DNA from: an uncultured Chloroflexia bacterium
GTDB taxonomy: Bacteria > Chloroflexota > Anaerolineae > CG2-30-64-16
Length of the DNA: 64,000 nt
Reading direction: 5' to 3'
NCBI GenBank assembly: GCA_963837925.1
Contig: CAWIPK010000006.1
Coordinates: 1,003,962-1,067,961 of the forward strand
Below are positions 55,188 to 64,000 of this stretch, piece after piece. The notes beneath the pieces were generated by a model. The model ran no database searches. It was given only the letters and a program-made list of their open reading frames with translations, and was not told where the DNA came from. Within the stretch, counting starts at the first letter, position 1, and each line of letters opens with the position of its first letter. The translations under genes and the position numbers were made by a program.

Positions 55188-56593
55188 GTGTGCGATCCAT
55201 TCTCCCGCTCGCGCAGGGCAGCGAGCACGAACTGGCCGACCTGGTTGCCGTCGCCGGCGCTGAGGGTGATCACTACGTCCTCTGCCTCGACGTGTTCCAG
55301 CAGATACTGTGTGGCAGCCGCGATGCTGCCGGTATAGCGCGCACCGGGGTGGTACATCCGATCGAGCAGCATCCGGCTGTGCATGCCCAGGTCCTGCTTC
55401 TCGCGGGCAGGATAAATATCCAGCACCAGGACCTGGTTGGCATCGTCGAAACTGTGAGCGAAGTCGTCGAGCAGCGCTTTCGTGCGGCTGTACGTGTGCG
55501 GCTGAAAGACCGCCCAGATCCGGCGGGTCCCGAAGCGCAGCCGGGCCGCTGCGAGGGTGGCCTGGATCTCGGTGGGATGATGGCCGTAGTCGTCGATGAC
55601 CGTTACTCCCGCCGCATGGCCGATCACTTCGAAGCGCCGGCCCGTGCCTCGAAAGTCACGCAAGGCATGCGCCGCACGCTCTGGCGCAATGCCGAACCAT
55701 TCGGCGACTGCGATGGCGGCCAAGGCATTACGCACATTGTGCCGGCCGGGCACAGACAGAGAAAGCTCCGCGACTTGCCGGTCGCCATGCCAGATGCTCG
55801 CGTCCATGCCTCCGAACAGGTTCGGCGCCAGGGAGCGAGCCTGGTAATCGGCCTCGGCCGCAAGCCCGTAGGTGTGCAGGGTCACCCCAGGCTGGACCGC
55901 CTCACGCAGCGCCATGGCGCCCGCATCGTCTGCACAGATTACCAGGTGGCCGCGTTCCGGTAGCTGCCCGACAAAGGTCCGGAAGGCATCCGCGAAAGCC
56001 TTCGGCGATGGGTAGCAGTCGACATGGTCCCATTCGACGTTGGTGACTACCGCGCTTTCGAGCACCAGCCCCAGGAACATGCGGTCGTACTCATCCGCTT
56101 CGATCACGAATGGTCCTTGCCCGGCCCGTGCCGAGATGAAGGTGCTCGGCATGCCTTCGCCTGGCCCAACCGCCAGTCGCCCGCCGATGATGAAACTCGG
56201 GTCGAAGCCCAGGCGCCAGAGGATGATGGCGACCATGCTTGTGGTCGTCGTCTTGCCGTGGCTGCCGGCTACGCCGACGCCATGCCGATCGGCCATGAAC
56301 TGGCCGAGGAAATCGGCGCGTTTGACCACCCGGATGCCGGCCGCTCGTGCGGCTACCACTTCCGGATTCTCGGCGCTGACCGCAGACGAGATCAGCACCA
56401 GGTCCGCCCCGCTGATATTCTGGGCCCGATGACTGCCATAAATGGTCGCGCCCTGCGCGGCCAACTCGGCTGTCACCTCGTTGGGCCGCTGGTCGGAGCC
56501 CGATACCGCATATCCCATCTCCAGTAACAACGTGGCGATGGCCGATAGACCGGTCCCCGCGATACCGACCAGGTGAACGTGGATCTGCGCCAT
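55184..56593 (-). CDS. murC: UDP-N-acetylmuramate--L-alanine ligase
   Basis: The translation has …HVHLVGIAGTGLSAIATLL…GYAVSGSD… and a Mur ligase P-loop (VAGSHGKTTTTSMV). Confidence 0.93.
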   Translation of the reverse strand: MAQIHVHLVGIAGTGLSAIATLLLEMGYAVSGSDQRPNEVTAELAAQGATIYGSHRAQNISGADLVLISSAVSAENPEVVAARAAGIRVVKRADFLGQFMADRHGVGVAGSHGKTTTTSMVAIILWRLGFDPSFIIGGRLAVGPGEGMPSTFISARAGQGPFVIEADEYDRMFLGLVLESAVVTNVEWDHVDCYPSPKAFADAFRTFVGQLPERGHLVICADDAGAMALREAVQPGVTLHTYGLAAEADYQARSLAPNLFGGMDASIWHGDRQVAELSLSVPGRHNVRNALAAIAVAEWFGIAPERAAHALRDFRGTGRRFEVIGHAAGVTVIDDYGHHPTEIQATLAAARLRFGTRRIWAVFQPHTYSRTKALLDDFAHSFDDANQVLVLDIYPAREKQDLGMHSRMLLDRMYHPGARYTGSIAAATQYLLEHVEAEDVVITLSAGDGNQVGQFVLAALRERENGSHT

Positions 56594-57157
56594 TTACTTC
56601 CAAACCCTTATGATCAGCATGATCACGACCAGTGCGACCAGATAGCGCCAGTCCAGGATCTCCGGCGGCAACAACTTCGACAATGCAAGATACAGGGGGT
56701 CGTAGTTGCAGCACACCGGGATGAAGGGCCAGTCGGCCTGGGCCAAGTAATACCAGATGCTCCCGGCGAACAACCAGCCGTTCAGCAGGCCGGCCAACAA
56801 GCCCAATGTGCCGCTGGCACCTGCCGTCGGAAAAACGAGTGTTGCTCCTTGATATGTGATAAAAGCGACCACAATCAGAAACAGCGCGTATATGATTGCT
56901 CGGGTTGCCAACTGCGCCGCCGGATCAGGCCCGGCGATAAAGGCCAGGACTCTGTCGCGCGCCCCTGGCGCCAGATGATCGATCAACTGCAGGATCAGCA
57001 GAGCGATCAGCAGCATGACGGTTACGCCAATCTCTCGGCTGAAACCGCGCACCGCGCCGACAACGCCGAAGATCACCACGATCAACAGGAACAGGATCTC
57101 AACGGGTGCCATTGCGGCCCGATCTCCCTGCCCGACGGCTGCCACTGAGAAGTGCAA
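56594..57157 (-). CDS. CvpA-family-like small membrane protein
   Basis: About 4 TM helices. The N-terminal …ILFLLIVVIFGVVGAVRGFSREIGV… resembles CvpA (…LIRGFVREA…). It shares GLLNGWLF and PVCC motifs with its neighbour. The start is probably internal (MAPVEILF). Confidence 0.5.
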   Translation of the reverse strand: MHFSVAAVGQGDRAAMAPVEILFLLIVVIFGVVGAVRGFSREIGVTVMLLIALLILQLIDHLAPGARDRVLAFIAGPDPAAQLATRAIIYALFLIVVAFITYQGATLVFPTAGASGTLGLLAGLLNGWLFAGSIWYYLAQADWPFIPVCCNYDPLYLALSKLLPPEILDWRYLVALVVIMLIIRVWK

Positions 57158-57797
57158 TCAGGATGAAGATAGCGATGATCGACATCACAATCAGGGCCAA
57201 GGTCGTCTCGCTCGCGTTCTGAATGCTGCTGACCAGCTCCGCGATCACATTGCCATTTGAGGCCGGCAAGCAGCACGGGACTGGACCGGCCTGTAGTTGC
57301 TCACTAAGGCCGAACGGCAGCGGCAAGAGAGCTGCACTGGCTGGGAAGATCGAATCCAGCAGATATGCTCCCAATAGGTAACCATTGAGCAGGCCAAAGA
57401 CGAATCCCCAGCCAGACGTCGGGCCGCGCAGCAGGAAACGCTCGCTGCGCCCAAGCCAGATGGCAATCAGTATCAAGACCAACACGACCAGCAGCAGTTC
57501 GAGACCGGGCGAGTTCGGATCGATCAGCCGCGGCGAGTCGATATCCGCGAAAACGTTGTTGATCGCCGCCGATCTATCGGCCGAACTCAGGGCCTGCAGA
57601 CCTCCGTTCAGCACAAACAGGATGCCGATATAGATCCCGTTGATCAGCTTGGCCAGCGATCCACCCGCGCGTGCGACCAGCAGCAGGCCGAAGAGGATCA
57701 CCAGCGTCAAAAAGATGGTGGCCCTCAGGCCGTGCAGGTAACCGAGAATTGCGAAGGTGGCCATGAAGATGGCCAGTGCGATTAACGTGACAAGCAT
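57099..57797 (-). CDS. CvpA-family-like membrane protein, paralogue of 56594..57157
   Basis: About 5 TM helices. It shares the motifs …GLLNGYLLG… and …PVPCCLPA… with the neighbouring gene. Confidence 0.45.
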   Translation of the reverse strand: MLVTLIALAIFMATFAILGYLHGLRATIFLTLVILFGLLLVARAGGSLAKLINGIYIGILFVLNGGLQALSSADRSAAINNVFADIDSPRLIDPNSPGLELLLVVLVLILIAIWLGRSERFLLRGPTSGWGFVFGLLNGYLLGAYLLDSIFPASAALLPLPFGLSEQLQAGPVPCCLPASNGNVIAELVSSIQNASETTLALIVMSIIAIFILIALLSGSRRAGRSGRNGTR

Positions 57798-57877
57798 GCG
57801 TCCTCAAAGTGCGCTGCATGGCCGAGGGCGTCCGCTGTGTCTGCTGCAGCTCCGACGGACCCGGCACCAGAATCTCG

Positions 57878-59116
57878 CTATTCGTCGTCCCGCGCTCTGT
57901 GCCTGGCCAAACGCGCCAGTTCCCGCACGATGTTGTCTGCCGCGTCCCGACGGGCCACCGCGGCTGCGCCGCAGCCCAGCCTGGCCAGCCTGGCGGGATC
58001 GTTTAGCAAGTCCACGATCGTCGGCGCCAGATCGCGGCCCAGGTGCCGGTCTTCCAGGACGATCGCGGCCGAACGCTCGGCCAGATAGGCGGCGTTGGCT
58101 TCCTGGTGCTGCCCGGCGTACGGATAAGGCACCAAGATGCTGGCCAGGCCGACCGCCGGGAACTCCCCGAGGGTCGAGGCACCTGCCCGGGCGATCACCA
58201 GATCGGCTGCCGCCAGTGCCTGCACCATCTCCTCATGCAGGTAAGCGAACGCATGGTAGCGCTCTCGCAAAGATACCGGCAGCGCCGCTGCAGCCTGCGA
58301 GACCTGTGGCCAGTCTAGCTGTCCGCTGATGTGCACGACCTGGCAGCGTGGCAGGAGAACCGGCAGGGCGTCCACCAACGCCTGGTTGATGCTGCGCGCG
58401 CCCCGGCTGCCACCGAAGGCCAGGAGCACCGGGGGTTCCGGCGCGAGACCGAGAGCCAGACGGGCTGTATGTTTGTCGGTCTGTAAAAGTTCTGGGCGGA
58501 CCGGGTAACCGGTCACCACCGCCTTGCGGCCGAAGTAGTGGGCGACCTCCGGAAAAGAGACTGCCACTCGGGCCGCCAGCCGAGCGGTCAGGCGGACTGC
58601 CAGGCCGGGCGTCAGGTCTGGCAGATAAATCACGAGCGGCACGTGAGCTCGCCAGGCTGCCCAGGCGACCGGGACGGTCACATAGCCGCCGGAGATCAGC
58701 GCGACGTCCGGCCGATAGTCACGCATGAGGGCTGCGCACTGCCCGGCGCCCCTTACCATGCGGACCAGGTTACCTAAGATGCGCGAGGGCGCTTGCCCTC
58801 GGATTTGCCCGGTTTCGATCGGGCAAAATGGGATGCCGGCCCTTGAGGCCAGGGTCTTCTCGATGCCGCCTGCCTCGCCGGCGTACTGCCACTGCCACGT
58901 TCCGCCGGCGGCTGCGCCCGTCTCCGGACTTACTCCTGCCCCGTCCGGGCCGTTAGCGGCGGCGAAAGATGCGGAGCCACTTCCTTCTGACGGTCCGCTT
59001 CCGCGGTTTTTGGTCGGCGGGTAACGGCCGGCTGCCTCTCGCCGCATCGCGCTGGCTACTGCCAGCAGTGGCACCACGTGGCCGGCGGTGCCGCCACCCG
59101 AAAAGATAATTCGCAT
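57878..59116 (-). CDS. murG: UDP-N-acetylglucosamine--N-acetylmuramyl-(pentapeptide) pyrophosphoryl-undecaprenol N-acetylglucosamine transferase
   Basis: The start is probably MRIIFSGGGTAGHVVPLLAVA… (about 59116; the track start at 59203 is upstream). A C-terminal GT-B domain is present. There is an atypical ~40-aa Gly/Ser/Ala-rich insertion after the first conserved block. Confidence 0.85.
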   Translation of the reverse strand: MRIIFSGGGTAGHVVPLLAVASAMRREAAGRYPPTKNRGSGPSEGSGSASFAAANGPDGAGVSPETGAAAGGTWQWQYAGEAGGIEKTLASRAGIPFCPIETGQIRGQAPSRILGNLVRMVRGAGQCAALMRDYRPDVALISGGYVTVPVAWAAWRAHVPLVIYLPDLTPGLAVRLTARLAARVAVSFPEVAHYFGRKAVVTGYPVRPELLQTDKHTARLALGLAPEPPVLLAFGGSRGARSINQALVDALPVLLPRCQVVHISGQLDWPQVSQAAAALPVSLRERYHAFAYLHEEMVQALAAADLVIARAGASTLGEFPAVGLASILVPYPYAGQHQEANAAYLAERSAAIVLEDRHLGRDLAPTIVDLLNDPARLARLGCGAAAVARRDAADNIVRELARLARHRARDDE

Positions 59117-60368
59117 AGCCTGATGCCCTCTGCGGAGAAGCACGCGATATGTTGAGCAGCAACCCGATTGAGGCCAGGCAGGCAACCATCGCCGAGCCTC
59201 CATAACTCATGAACGGCAGAGGCACGCCGGTGGCCGGGATCAGTGCCAACGAAGTGCCGATATGGATCAACGCCTGCACGATCAGCCAAACCGTCACGCC
59301 GATCGCCGCCAGGCTTCCAAACTGATCGGGGGCCCTGAGCGCTATGCCCAGCCCACGATAGGCGAGCAGCGCATACAAGACGACCACGCCCAATGTGCCG
59401 ACGAAACTGAGGTCCGCACCGATATTGGCAAACAGGTAGTCGCTCCACAGCAGCGGAACACGCGTCTTGCCCAATATGTTCGAAGCGTTTGTGCCAATCC
59501 CGCCGCCGCGCTTGATGATCTCCATCGCCTGTGCCGCGACGTATGGTGCCTTGGTCGGATCGCCCAGGTAGGCCCACCAGTCCTGTACACGCTGCGCCCC
59601 GTAGCCCCAACGCCACATCAGCAGCGCCAGCACGCCGACCGCAATCAGCGCCGTGAAGGCGAGCTGCTTGGCACTGCCGCCGCCGACGAAGAACATCGTG
59701 ACCCCGGTCACCAGGATGATGATCGTGATGCTGAAGCTGTGCTCCAGGACGATCAAGCCGGCGATGATGCCCATCAGCACGGCAAAGGGGAACAGCCCGC
59801 CCTGAACGTTGGCCAACTGGTTTCGTTTTGACGCCACCCAGGCCGCCACGTAGATGACCACCGCCAGCTTGGCAATCTCGCTCGGCTGAACCGAGCCGTG
59901 AAACAGGGTGCGCCTGGCGCCCAGCAGGTCTTCGCCGACGAACAGCACTACGACCAGGAGAGCCATCGTCACGAGCATGATCGGGATGGCTAAACGCCGC
60001 CACCAGGCATAGGGGACGTAGACGGTGCCGACCAGGACCACCAACCCGACCCCGATGATGGCAATCTGCTTGACGAAATAGCGGGTCTCGTAGAGGGCCA
60101 GGGAGGCGCTGTAGACCATGGCCAATCCCAGGACTATCAAGGTCGCCACAATGCCGATCAGCGGGTAGTCGAGCGCGCCCGAGGCCGGCCGAACATGTGC
60201 CGCTGTCTCTGCGGCAGGTGGTGTGGGCCGATTGGCTGTGGCCGGCGCAGGCCGCCGCTTGCTGGGTCGCGAGGGAACGGCAACCACAGCCGCGCGACGG
60301 GGAGACGCGCTCCGCTTGGCCACACTCTTGGTGCGCTCCTCAGGCTCGCGTCTCGCGAAAGCGATCAT
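58953..60368 (-). CDS. ftsW: SEDS-family peptidoglycan glycosyltransferase FtsW
   Basis: About 10 TM helices with SEDS motifs (…QPSEIAKLAVVIYVAAW… and …GGSAMVACLASIGLLLNISR). A long Arg-rich C-terminal tail overlaps the murG 5' region by about 160 nt. Confidence 0.88.
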   Translation of the reverse strand: MIAFARREPEERTKSVAKRSASPRRAAVVAVPSRPSKRRPAPATANRPTPPAAETAAHVRPASGALDYPLIGIVATLIVLGLAMVYSASLALYETRYFVKQIAIIGVGLVVLVGTVYVPYAWWRRLAIPIMLVTMALLVVVLFVGEDLLGARRTLFHGSVQPSEIAKLAVVIYVAAWVASKRNQLANVQGGLFPFAVLMGIIAGLIVLEHSFSITIIILVTGVTMFFVGGGSAKQLAFTALIAVGVLALLMWRWGYGAQRVQDWWAYLGDPTKAPYVAAQAMEIIKRGGGIGTNASNILGKTRVPLLWSDYLFANIGADLSFVGTLGVVVLYALLAYRGLGIALRAPDQFGSLAAIGVTVWLIVQALIHIGTSLALIPATGVPLPFMSYGGSAMVACLASIGLLLNISRASPQRASGYANYLFGWRHRRPRGATAGSSQRDAARGSRPLPADQKPRKRTVRRKWLRIFRRR

Positions 60369-61822
60369 GGCAGCGCCTCCACAAGCTTTCTGAAGTGCTG
60401 CCCGCGGGCGACGAAGTCCTGGTACGCGTCGAAGCTGGTCCCGCCGGGGGACAAGAGGACCACGTCCCCCGGCCGCGCGATACGGCCGGCCGCCGCCACT
60501 GCCCCTTCCAGATCAGAGCAGCGCGTCACGCCAAGTCCCTGGTTAGCGACGACGTCCCCCTGGGCCGTCAGCGCGGCCGCGATCAACCCCGCAGCCTCGC
60601 CGAACAGCACGACGTGGCGGGCCTTCTCTCCGGCAATCGCAGCGAATTCCTCCCAAGGCAAATGCTTGTCGCGCCCGCCAGCCAGCAGAACGATCGGCTC
60701 GGCAAAGGACTCGAGCGCCGCGATCGCGCGCTCGGGAGTGGTGGCGATCGAGTCGTTGACCCAGAGCACCCCGGCCCGTTCACGGACGATTTCTAGACGG
60801 TGTTCCACCCCTGCAAAGCTCGTCGCAACACTGGTCATTGCCGCCCCGCCCGCACCGGCGGCCCCGGCCAGGCAGCAGGCGGCGAGCACGTTCGCAACGT
60901 TGTGCCGGCCACGCAGACGGATGTCGCTGATGCGGCAGATCCGGAGGTCGGCCTGTCCGGACCGCCGCCAGATCAGCGCGTCGTCGCACACGAAGGCGCC
61001 CTCCTCGACCGAGTCCACCAGGCTGAAGCCCAGGCAGCTAGCGCGCAAGGGAAAGCAGACTTCCGCCTGGCCAGGTCCTTCCGCTACCCGGCAGCGGCCG
61101 GTGAGCAGCCAGGGCCTGGTATAAGGATCGTCGGCGTTCAAGACGCAGATGTCGCCCGGCTCTTGAAATCGCAGGATGTTGGCTTTGGCCGCGGCGTAGT
61201 GGCTCATCGACGGGTGACGGTCGAGGTGATTAGGCGTGACGTTAAGGAGCGCAGCGATCGCCGGACTGCGGCTAAACAGCTCCAGTTGAAAGCTGGACAG
61301 TTCCATGACCGCCTTGTCGCCTGGCCCGAAGGAGCCCAGCCGATCGATTAGCGGCAAGCCGATATTGCCGCCGACGTGGACGGTGAAACCCGCGGCTTGC
61401 AGCATCAGCCCCACCAGCGTCGTGGTCGTCGTTTTTCCCGCCGATCCGGTGATGCCGATAAGGGGCGCGGGACAATGTCGCAGCGTCAGGTCGCCGTCGT
61501 TGGTCAGCGCAATGCCTCGCCGCGCGGCGGCCTGCACGATCGGCTGAGCCGGTGACACACCCCCACTCAGGCACAATAAGTCGGTTTGGTCCAGCAGCGC
61601 CAGAGGGTGGCCGCCAAACACGAAGGCGGGCAGCGGCCGGCCCGCCCCGGCGGCATACTCGGACATCTCCCGGCGCGCCCCGGCCAATTCCTCGGCTGAG
61701 CGCAGATCGCTGAAGGTGACCCGGGCGCCGGCTGCGCTGAAGAAGCGGCCCACGGCCAGTCCCTGGCGCGCCATGCCCAGGATCGTCACCTTCAAATCCG
61801 CGTAGCCGTTGCGCGCTTTCAT
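60365..61822 (-). CDS. murD: UDP-N-acetylmuramoylalanine--D-glutamate ligase
   Basis: The translation has …KVTILGMARQGLAVGRFF… and a Mur ligase P-loop (GITGSAGKTTTTTLVG). The likely ATG is at 61822, giving an ATGA overlap with the upstream ORF; the track start is 61834. Confidence 0.9.
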   Translation of the reverse strand: MKARNGYADLKVTILGMARQGLAVGRFFSAAGARVTFSDLRSAEELAGARREMSEYAAGAGRPLPAFVFGGHPLALLDQTDLLCLSGGVSPAQPIVQAAARRGIALTNDGDLTLRHCPAPLIGITGSAGKTTTTTLVGLMLQAAGFTVHVGGNIGLPLIDRLGSFGPGDKAVMELSSFQLELFSRSPAIAALLNVTPNHLDRHPSMSHYAAAKANILRFQEPGDICVLNADDPYTRPWLLTGRCRVAEGPGQAEVCFPLRASCLGFSLVDSVEEGAFVCDDALIWRRSGQADLRICRISDIRLRGRHNVANVLAACCLAGAAGAGGAAMTSVATSFAGVEHRLEIVRERAGVLWVNDSIATTPERAIAALESFAEPIVLLAGGRDKHLPWEEFAAIAGEKARHVVLFGEAAGLIAAALTAQGDVVANQGLGVTRCSDLEGAVAAAGRIARPGDVVLLSPGGTSFDAYQDFVARGQHFRKLVEALP

Positions 61823-62295
61823 AGAACCGCCCATGCGTTCGGTCCCGGCGCCCCGCAGCGCCCGATCAGGGCAGCTTCAGCGCTCGCGGCCGTAGCGCTA
61901 TCCACCGTCCAATTGTGGTAACTGATTCGCACGACTGTCCCATCCTCGATCAGCGTGCCGTCGCCGCCCGACGCCAATCCACGGTCCTCGACCTCGATGA
62001 CCAGCGTGTGTACCCGTCCCTCTTCGGCCGAAAGCGGCTCGCTGCCGGCGGCCAGCGCATCGCAGATATCGCAGACGGCCCGGTAGGCGATCTCGATGGC
62101 CCCTGCCTCGTCACCCTCGGCCAGCGCGCGGTTCAGCTGCGCGCCGAGGGCTGCGTCGAGCAGGATGCGGCCCTGGTCCGGGAAGTCTTCGTGGTCGAGC
62201 TCCAGATAGACTTCTTGGCGGCCGCGAACGCCAGGCGCGCCCTGCTCGCCGAACATCTCGTCCGGAGCCGGGAGCAGAGCCTGGAAGTCTGTCAT
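61819..62295 (-). CDS. Acidic hypothetical protein (158 aa) inserted between mraY and murD
   Basis: An ATG at about 62295 (MTDFQALLPAPDEMFGEQ…) lies 20 nt after the mraY stop. GC3 is high and the protein is very acidic, with no recognisable motif. The 5' extension in the track overlaps mraY and is rejected. Confidence 0.45.
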   Translation of the reverse strand: MTDFQALLPAPDEMFGEQGAPGVRGRQEVYLELDHEDFPDQGRILLDAALGAQLNRALAEGDEAGAIEIAYRAVCDICDALAAGSEPLSAEEGRVHTLVIEVEDRGLASGGDGTLIEDGTVVRISYHNWTVDSATAASAEAALIGRCGAPGPNAWAVL

Positions 62296-62315
62296 CTGGT
62301 CCACTTTACCTCGTC

Positions 62316-63386
62316 CTACAGCAAGGCCAGGGCGATGCCCAACATGCCGGACAGGATCGCAATCAGGAAGAAACGTTGTGAGACGTGTGTCTCTGACCAC
62401 CCGAGCAATTCGAAATGGTAGTGCAATGGCGCCATCTTGAAGATGCGTTTGCCCTTGCCGGTCCGCCGCCTGGTCCACTTGAAATACCCCACCTGCAAGA
62501 CGTCCGACAGCGCCTCGGCCACGAAGACTGCTCCCACGATCGGCAGCAGCAGCCACTGCCCGGTCATGAGGGCGACCGCGGCCAAGGTCGCTCCAAGCGC
62601 CAGGGCGCCGGTGTCGCCCATGAACAGGGCGGCGGGATACGAGTTGTACCACAGGAAGGCGAACAGCGCGCCGACCATCGTGAAACAGAACGACATCAGC
62701 GGGTACTGCCCTTGCAGATAGGCAATTACGCCATAGGCTGCGAACGCCACGGCGGTTGTCGAGCCGGCCAGCCCGTCCAGACCGTCCGTCAGGTTCACGG
62801 CGTTCGATTCGGCGATTATGACGAACATGGCCAGCGGAATGTAGATCAGCCCCAGGTTGATCTTGTCCTTGATCCCGGGCACGGCCACGCTGTGCAGGTC
62901 GAGAAAATAGTAGAGGCCCAGTGCGGTCGCCAGGGCCAGGATGAATTGGTACGAGGCTTTAATCTTGGCCAGCATTCCCTGGCCGTCGCCTCGCTTGCCG
63001 CGCACGCCCGCCACATCGTCGATCGCGCCCAGGTACCCGAATGCCACCAGGACCAGCAGTGGCACCAGTATCGATTTGCCGATCAGCGGGCTGCCCTCAG
63101 AGAACCTGAACAGCTTCAACACCGCCTTGCCCCAGCCCACGCCGCTGAGCAAGTTCGCAAGATTAAGCACCACCGTGACCAGGAAGACCGGGACGAGGAT
63201 CATGATCCCGCCCATCGTCGGCGTTCCCACCTTGCCCTGGTGTTCACCTGGCTCCTCGATATGGATTTGCTTGCCCATCCGGTGGCGTTTGAGCTCGTTG
63301 ATGAGCGGACGACCCCAGATGACTGCCAGCAAAAAGGATATTGAGGCCAGTGTCAGCGCAAAAGACATGGGTGCTTCCTGGAACAT
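62316..63386 (-). CDS. mraY: Phospho-N-acetylmuramoyl-pentapeptide transferase
   Basis: 10 TM helices with conserved …GTPTMGG… and …NLTDGLDGLA… motifs. Confidence 0.95.
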   Translation of the reverse strand: MFQEAPMSFALTLASISFLLAVIWGRPLINELKRHRMGKQIHIEEPGEHQGKVGTPTMGGIMILVPVFLVTVVLNLANLLSGVGWGKAVLKLFRFSEGSPLIGKSILVPLLVLVAFGYLGAIDDVAGVRGKRGDGQGMLAKIKASYQFILALATALGLYYFLDLHSVAVPGIKDKINLGLIYIPLAMFVIIAESNAVNLTDGLDGLAGSTTAVAFAAYGVIAYLQGQYPLMSFCFTMVGALFAFLWYNSYPAALFMGDTGALALGATLAAVALMTGQWLLLPIVGAVFVAEALSDVLQVGYFKWTRRRTGKGKRIFKMAPLHYHFELLGWSETHVSQRFFLIAILSGMLGIALALL

Positions 63387-63398
63387 TGCTTCAGGCTT

Positions 63399-64000
63399 TC
63401 ATTCATGATACCGAGCAAGCGCATCGACTATGTGCTCCATCGCCAGCCCCCGCGAGCCTTTGACAAGAACAATGTCGCCGGGTTGGATCAGTCCCTGCAG
63501 CAAGGCCAGGGCATCCTCGTTGGTTTCGAGCGCATAAACGTCGGCGGCGTCCATTCCCTCGGCCAGGGCTTCATCGGCGATCCAACGAGCTCGCCGGCCG
63601 ACAGTGATCAATTTGCCCCGCGCTCGCTTGTGAACTCGGACTGCGGCTTCGGCGGAGGGGTGGCGTGTGGCCCTGCCCGCCTCGTCGCCGTTGCCACGCG
63701 CGGAGGGGGTCAGGATCTGAGCCGCTCGCCCACCTACCACGCGGTGGCCTTCTTCTTCGTACTTGCCCAGTTCGAGCATGTCGCCGAGCACGACCACGCA
63801 GCGGTGCTCCGAATTGGCGATGTCGTCCAGCAAATTGAGCGCGGCCAGCATCGAAGCCGGGCTCGCATTGTACGTGTCGTCGATCAAGGTCGAATCGCGC
63901 AGGCCACGCGTCACCATCAGGCGGAGCTGGCCCCTGCTTTCCTGCAAACCAGTGATGATCTCGGCCCAACTCAGGCCTTCGACGAGGCCCACGGCTGCGC
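63399..64000 (-). CDS. murF: UDP-N-acetylmuramoyl-tripeptide--D-alanyl-D-alanine ligase, C-terminal part (5' end outside the window)
   Basis: The MurF C-terminal domain reads …VVVLGDMLELG…HRVVG…LVKGSRGLAMEHIV… The ORF is open to the window edge. Confidence 0.85.
   Translation of the reverse strand, partial: AAVGLVEGLSWAEIITGLQESRGQLRLMVTRGLRDSTLIDDTYNASPASMLAALNLLDDIANSEHRCVVVLGDMLELGKYEEEGHRVVGGRAAQILTPSARGNGDEAGRATRHPSAEAAVRVHKRARGKLITVGRRARWIADEALAEGMDAADVYALETNEDALALLQGLIQPGDIVLVKGSRGLAMEHIVDALARYHE

Noticed and set aside
59056-60003. 315-aa minus-strand ORF in an alternative frame
   Set aside because: It lies in an alternative frame inside ftsW, which has clear SEDS motifs. The translation is Arg/Gly-rich low complexity.
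1-64000. CRISPR arrays, tRNA/rRNA genes, transposases/IS elements
   Set aside because: No regularly spaced direct repeats with unique spacers were found, and no cloverleaf-compatible segments. Apart from the intein homing endonuclease, no integrase or transposase-like translation appears. The only tandem repeats seen are the four 11-bp units at about 10110-10153.

Overview
This 64 kb window is high-GC (roughly two thirds G+C) bacterial chromosomal DNA. Gene content, leaderless-looking promoters and frequent GTG/TTG starts fit a Chloroflexota-like genome, but the taxonomic call is a weak inference. Nearly every long reverse-frame ORF in the track is a GC-driven shadow ORF, so the calls below rest on recognisable motifs in the translations.

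The left part holds housekeeping and stress genes: a truncated FAD oxidoreductase, leucyl aminopeptidase PepA, an ECF sigma factor with putative anti-sigma, DegV, Pth, Mfd, an NAD-epimerase, Lon, a 2H phosphoesterase and an AlbA_2/HATPase_c_4 regulator.

The middle, about 17.9-35.9 kb, is a glycoconjugate locus. It has three GT-C-like polytopic membrane proteins, one with a C-terminal ILEI/GG-like domain, plus a DegT-type aminotransferase, a polyprenyl-phosphate GT2, two further GT2s and a secreted lipoprotein with FlgD-Ig-like domains.

The top candidate for a new system sits inside that locus, at 21008-24193. It encodes a signal peptide, about 14 Reg_prop beta-propeller blades, a Y_Y_Y domain, one transmembrane helix and a cytoplasmic P-loop NTPase of the 'RRIGKT(T/S)LL' archaeal-ATPase type. 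That is the sensor architecture of Bacteroidetes hybrid two-component systems with the histidine kinase replaced by a STAND/AAA-like NTPase. Immediately downstream (24365-25642) is a soluble paralogous NTPase with a winged-helix and coiled-coil tail.

The right part holds LMW-PTP, HPF, ComF with an unannotated Flp-pilin-like small ORF, the pgeF-yggS-proC-yggT cluster, a radical SAM protein and a DUF218 protein. It also holds nrdR with a B12-dependent class II ribonucleotide reductase that carries a 441-aa LAGLIDADG intein. The window ends in a dcw cell-wall/division cluster, murF-mraY-X-murD-ftsW-murG-cvpA-cvpA-murC-murB-ddl-ftsQ-ftsA-ftsZ, which carries several unusual insertions.

Coordinates for ORFs come from the supplied track. 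Coordinates derived by hand (hairpins, repeats, small ORF, intein borders) may be off by 1-2 nt.
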